The notes under the pieces are model-generated. The model was given only the letters and a program-made list of their open reading frames with translations, was not told where the DNA came from and ran no database searches. From Candidatus Thermosaccharophagus tengchongensis (GTDB lineage Bacteria; Armatimonadota; Fervidibacteria; Fervidibacterales; Thermosaccharophagaceae), in NCBI GenBank assembly GCA_032161105.1, contig JAVHTD010000013.1: 64,000 nt of DNA. One strand, given 5' to 3'. This document shows positions 59,863 to 64,000 of the stretch, one piece after another. Position 1 is the stretch's first letter. Each line of letters opens with the position of its first letter. The translations under genes and the position numbers were made by a program.

Positions 59863-60282
59863 CTAATCCTCCACAATTGGGATTCGCTTGACCATGCGCA
59901 CCTTTGTCCCGCCGCGCTTCCCAACCTTTATCTCAACCTCATCCATGAGCACGCGCATGATCATTATCCCGAGACCTTCTGAAGACCTCATGCCGATGCC
60001 CTTATCGCTCACCTCAACGATGAAATTGCTCCCGTTAATCCAGCAGGCTATGTGGACCGTCCCGGAGCACCCAATGCCCTTATATGCATGTTGGATAACA
60101 TTTGTGCACGCTTCCGTCACGGCTCTCTTTATGTCCTCAATCATGCTCATGGTCATGTTCAACTCCATGGCGAAAGCTGCAAGTGCTTGCCTCACAACCT
60201 TGAGCAACGACGGCTCACATGGTATAGTCAGCTCAAACCGCATATCCCTTTGGCTGCGCTGTTGGGCAATGCTCACCTTCAT
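59863..60282 (-). CDS. Anti-sigma factor Ser kinase, RsbW/SpoIIAB-like
   Basis: AVTEACTNVIQHAY, VSDKGIG, GLG..IMRVLMDEV and GTKVRMVK motifs. Confidence 0.9.
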   Translation of the reverse strand: MKVSIAQQRSQRDMRFELTIPCEPSLLKVVRQALAAFAMELNMTMSMIEDIKRAVTEACTNVIQHAYKGIGCSGTVHIACWINGSNFIVEVSDKGIGMRSSEGLGIMIMRVLMDEVEIKVGKRGGTKVRMVKRIPIVED

Positions 60283-62115
60283 TCACCCCCTCGCCGATAG
60301 AATTGAGTTGATTGCGCCGTCAATGTCATCGTAGACTTCAAACACCTCATCAAGGCGCGTCATTGAAATTACCTTTCGGTCGTGCTCACTCGGCGACGCG
60401 AGCGCAAATCGTATCCCCTTCTCTTTGGCACGCCTCATTGCTCCGAGCAATATACCCAATGTTACGCTATCCATAAATGTCACATTGCGCAGATCGACTA
60501 TGACGCCGGCTCCCGCTGCCGAAATCGCCCCGCTCAATCGCTCACGAAGCAATTCAGCCGTTGAAAGATCAAGCTCGCCAGTCGGAGAGACAATGGCTAC
60601 CCCGCCCTCGCGCAAAGTCAGCGATATGCCTGACCTCATAATTTGCTCTCCCCCCATACGCGTTGCTCTTTCAGTCGTGCCTTCACCAAAGGCAATTTGT
60701 TGGCTGCCTTCTCCAATGCCTCTATTTCCCTCCTTCAGTGCCTCTTTCAACCTGCTCCAGCGCTCCATGCGCCTTGCAATGACCCTTTCAAATCCCATCC
60801 CACTCGGAATGTAATACGGCTGCGATTTAGCCCCCTCGGGCAAATACTCCTGCGGAACATAATGCTCTGGATAATCATGCGGGTAAAGATACCCGATACC
60901 GTGCCCAAGCCTCCTCGCCCCAGCATATGACGCATCACGCAAGTGCTGCGGGATCGGCATTGCCCCTCTTTCCTCAATGTCCCTCATAGCTCTGCCCATA
61001 GCGACACAGCATGAGTTGCTTTTCGGGGCTGTGGCGAGGTAGATCGTAGCTTGAGCAAGTGCAAGTTGTGCCTCTGGCATCCCAACGGTCTCAACGGCCT
61101 GCGCAGCCGCACTCGCAACGAGCAATGCCATCGGATCCGCATTGCCAATATCCTCCGATGCGTGGATGAGCAGCCTGCGAGCTATAAACCTCGGATCCTC
61201 TCCGGCACGCAGCATCTTTGCAAGCCAGTAAAGCGCCGCATCCGGGTCCGAGCCGCGAATGCTCTTAATGAAAGCCGAAATTGTGTCGTAGTGGCTGTCG
61301 CCAGCCCTGTCATATGTGATGGCGACCTCTTGGAGAGCGTCCTCAACCAACGGCAGTGTTATAACCGCGTTGCCCTCCCTGATCTTAGTCGCAGCGATAG
61401 CAGCTAACTCAAGCGCATCAAGCGCCCTCCTCGCATCGCCATTTGAGCGCTCACATAAGTGGCGCAGCGCTTCTCCCTCAATCTCAAGCTTTAACCTCCC
61501 AAGTCCCCTCTCGTCATCCTTCAAAGCGCGCTCAATGATGATGCGGACTTGCTCGGGAGTCAATGGCTCAAACCTGTAAATTCGCACCCGAGATACCAAC
61601 GGCGCGTTCAAGCTGAAGAAGGGATTCTCGGTCGTTGCCCCAATGAGCGTTATAGTGCCATCCTCAACATAAGGCAGAAAGGCATCCTGCTGCGCCTTGT
61701 TGAAGCGATGTATCTCGTCAATGAAGAGGATCGTCTTTTGAGAGAAACGCTTTCGCCTAATGCACGCTTCACTCACAACTCGCTTAACATCGCTGACCCC
61801 AGCCGTGACAGCGCTGAAGCGCTCAAAATGCGCCTTCGTCATGCTCGCAATGATGTATGCAAGCGTTGTCTTACCGCACCCGGCTGGTCCGTAAAAGACA
61901 CAAGATGTTAACTTGTCATGTTCAATTGCGATTCGCAACACCTTGCCATGACCGAGTATGTGCTCTTGCCCGACAAATTCATCAAGCGTGCGCGGGCGCA
62001 TGCGAGTTGATAAAGGCGCATCCGGGAGCGCAAATCCATCATCTGACCTATGTGAGGCTATTTCCGATTCAAAGAGCACTGGCTCACCTTGATGTTCGGG
62101 GCTGTTCAAACACAC
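60283..62115 (-). CDS. rarA: Replication-associated recombination protein A (RarA/MgsA) fused in frame to a STAS anti-anti-sigma (RsbV-like) domain
   Basis: RMRPRTLDEFVGQ, GPAGCGKTT, FIDEIHRFNK, GATTENP, SAFIKSIRGSDPD and YLYPH, then a linker and a STAS domain (GELD, DLRNVTFMDS). Confidence 0.9.
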   Translation of the reverse strand: MCLNSPEHQGEPVLFESEIASHRSDDGFALPDAPLSTRMRPRTLDEFVGQEHILGHGKVLRIAIEHDKLTSCVFYGPAGCGKTTLAYIIASMTKAHFERFSAVTAGVSDVKRVVSEACIRRKRFSQKTILFIDEIHRFNKAQQDAFLPYVEDGTITLIGATTENPFFSLNAPLVSRVRIYRFEPLTPEQVRIIIERALKDDERGLGRLKLEIEGEALRHLCERSNGDARRALDALELAAIAATKIREGNAVITLPLVEDALQEVAITYDRAGDSHYDTISAFIKSIRGSDPDAALYWLAKMLRAGEDPRFIARRLLIHASEDIGNADPMALLVASAAAQAVETVGMPEAQLALAQATIYLATAPKSNSCCVAMGRAMRDIEERGAMPIPQHLRDASYAGARRLGHGIGYLYPHDYPEHYVPQEYLPEGAKSQPYYIPSGMGFERVIARRMERWSRLKEALKEGNRGIGEGSQQIAFGEGTTERATRMGGEQIMRSGISLTLREGGVAIVSPTGELDLSTAELLRERLSGAISAAGAGVIVDLRNVTFMDSVTLGILLGAMRRAKEKGIRFALASPSEHDRKVISMTRLDEVFEVYDDIDGAINSILSARG

Positions 62116-62328
62116 CAGAGAGACACCTCACACGCATATGAGTGTTCCCCTCATAGCTCAATCGGCAGAACCAGTTCCACAAGCTGCCCACAATCCATTA
62201 TGCTCATCTGAGTGACATCGTTTATACACCACAAAATTTGCATAAGCTGCCAAGCCACATCCATGCGATGTTTAGGCTATATTTTGGGGTTGGTAAAGTC
62301 AAGTGCACCAAATCGGGGGTGATGATGG

Positions 62329-64000
62329 ATGCGGCTGATATTCCTCATCGCAATTGCGGTCGCCAACACACTTAGGACAACACATGCTGATGAGTTGGGT
62401 GAGCTAAAAGTTGTTGAACGATTGCCCGCTGATGGCGTAAACTCCTTCTACTGCGGCAACAGACCTCCGCTCGCTCCTTCTCCGCTTATCAAACTCCCAA
62501 CCGGAAGCATCAAGCCAAAGGGTTGGTTAGAGGCACAGCTTCGCCTGATGGCAAATGGGCTTCTCGGACGGCTGCCGGAAATCAGCCCGTGGTGTAATTG
62601 GGATGGCAATGCATGGGCAAACCCTAAAGGTGAGGGACATTCGCATTGGGAAGAACTGCCCTATTGGCTCCGCGGCTTTGCAGCACTTGCATACATCCTG
62701 AGTGATGAGAGGCTCATTGCTGAGGCGAGGAAGTGGATTGAGGCGATACTGTCCAGCCAAGATGAGAGCGGTTACTTTGGTCCGAGACAAAATTGGCGCA
62801 ACCAAGACCTATGGCCAAACATGCTGGCACTTGATGTCCTGCGAACACATTACGAGGCAACAGGTGATAAGCGCGTTGTCTCCCTCATGCTCCGCTTTTT
62901 CCGTTGGCTCACAACTGTCCCACTTGAAGATCTCCTGCCGCCAACAAAGGGTGGCGGGTGGCAGCATGTGAGGGGTGGCGACATGCTTGATAGCATCCTG
63001 TGGCTATATAACCTGACGGGAGAGGAGTGGTTGATTGATGTTGCGAGAGTCGTTCACGATTGCACAGCTCCGTGGAAGCGCGAGGTCGCAAGTTGGCATG
63101 GCGTGAACATATGTCAGGGCTTTCGTGAGCCGGCGCAATTCTGGCTGGTGACAAAGGACATCCGTTACCTAAACGCAAGCATACGAAACTACGAAACGGT
63201 GATGGGCATATATGGTCAGGTCCCCGGCGGGATGTTTGCCGCCGATGAGAACTGCCGCCGAGGATACACAGGTCCACAACAAGCAGCGGAAACTTGCAGC
63301 ATGGTTGAATTCATAAGGAGCCATACAATGCTTGCGCGCATCACTGGCGATGGCATTTGGGCGGACAGGGCTGAGGAAATCGCCCTCAACTCTCTCCCAG
63401 CAGCTTTCACGCCTGACTACAGAGCGTTGCACTATTTGACCGCACCAAACATGGTTCAGCTTGACAGGGGCAACAAAGCGCCGTTCCTCCAGAATGCCGG
63501 CAAGATGCTCTCCTACGACCCGTTTGACTACCGATGCTGCCAGCACAATCACGGTTTGGGTTGGACTTGCTTCACAGAGCACCTGTGGATGGCAACGACG
63601 AACAATGGTCTTGCAGCGATGTTCTACGCGCCATGCGAGGTAACGGCAAAAGTTGGAAATGGTGCAACCGTCCGCATCACCGTTAACACTGACTACCCAT
63701 TTGACGATTCGGTGCAAATTGCTATCCAAACCGATAAACCGGTCCGCTTCCCGTTGGTGTTAAGGATTCCATCATGGTGTTTATATGATTATTCAGTAGA
63801 ACTAAATGGAAAGAAGCTATCTTCTGATGATATATCAACCAATAATGGCTATATTCATTTGGATAGAATATGGGAAGATGGTGACCAAATCAAAATTGTA
63901 TTTTCAATGCCAGTTTTAAGAGTGTATGCACATTCAAATGTGAGATTTAATCAAGGAAAAGTAGCTATACAAAGGGGACCACTTGTATATTGCCTTGAAG
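62329..64000 (+). CDS. GH127-like beta-L-arabinofuranosidase, partial (runs off the window end)
   Basis: Open frame from ATG 62329: signal peptide, IKPKGWL, WEELPYW, HGVN, AETCSMVE, RCCQHN, TDYPF, LRIPSWC and RGPLVYCLE. Absent from the ORF track because there is no stop in the window. Confidence 0.88.
   Translation, partial: MRLIFLIAIAVANTLRTTHADELGELKVVERLPADGVNSFYCGNRPPLAPSPLIKLPTGSIKPKGWLEAQLRLMANGLLGRLPEISPWCNWDGNAWANPKGEGHSHWEELPYWLRGFAALAYILSDERLIAEARKWIEAILSSQDESGYFGPRQNWRNQDLWPNMLALDVLRTHYEATGDKRVVSLMLRFFRWLTTVPLEDLLPPTKGGGWQHVRGGDMLDSILWLYNLTGEEWLIDVARVVHDCTAPWKREVASWHGVNICQGFREPAQFWLVTKDIRYLNASIRNYETVMGIYGQVPGGMFAADENCRRGYTGPQQAAETCSMVEFIRSHTMLARITGDGIWADRAEEIALNSLPAAFTPDYRALHYLTAPNMVQLDRGNKAPFLQNAGKMLSYDPFDYRCCQHNHGLGWTCFTEHLWMATTNNGLAAMFYAPCEVTAKVGNGATVRITVNTDYPFDDSVQIAIQTDKPVRFPLVLRIPSWCLYDYSVELNGKKLSSDDISTNNGYIHLDRIWEDGDQIKIVFSMPVLRVYAHSNVRFNQGKVAIQRGPLVYCLE

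Noticed and set aside
60724..60752. SigB-type promoter (GTTGAA-N15-GGGAAA, minus strand) upstream of the internal STAS start
   Set aside because: The -35 is mismatched, the spacer is longer than the usual consensus and the site lies in coding sequence, so it is too weak to call.
1..64000. CRISPR array, integrase, transposase, reverse transcriptase or prophage
   Set aside because: I saw no regularly spaced repeats or diagnostic motifs. Intergenic regions are short and non-repetitive by eye.

Overview
This 64 kb window is mostly core bacterial chromosome at roughly 50-55% GC by eye. Gene content and style suggest a thermophilic, polysaccharide-degrading organism, possibly Armatimonadota, but this is inference only. 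Housekeeping blocks are yceD-rpmF, a Lon-like protease, pcrA-pyrG, folB-folK, ruvCAB-tRNA-Gln-prs-rplY-pth, mrp, panB and rarA. It also carries an RNase P RNA, two sugar/envelope clusters (PMM-NDP-sugar pyrophosphorylase-GT4-partner, and deacetylase-UbiA-GH38-MurJ-GT4), a nucleoside transporter/hydrolase pair, two xanthine-dehydrogenase-family subunits with a MoaD, secreted CAZyme-like genes and a SigB-type partner-switching module. The one clearly accessory segment is 10.86-14.12 kb, where kinase/WD40 gene debris surrounds a ~2 kb AT-rich foreign insert. The most unusual observations are an in-frame RarA-STAS fusion heading the rsbW-sigB module, an RNase P RNA apparently lacking helix P18, a MoaD/ThiS with its C-terminal GG masked by four extra residues, the foreign insert, and an in-frame GC switch inside the terminal GH127 gene that may be an assembly chimera. 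I saw no CRISPR array, integrase, transposase or clear multi-gene novel defence system. All calls come from reading motifs by eye; no database searches were run.
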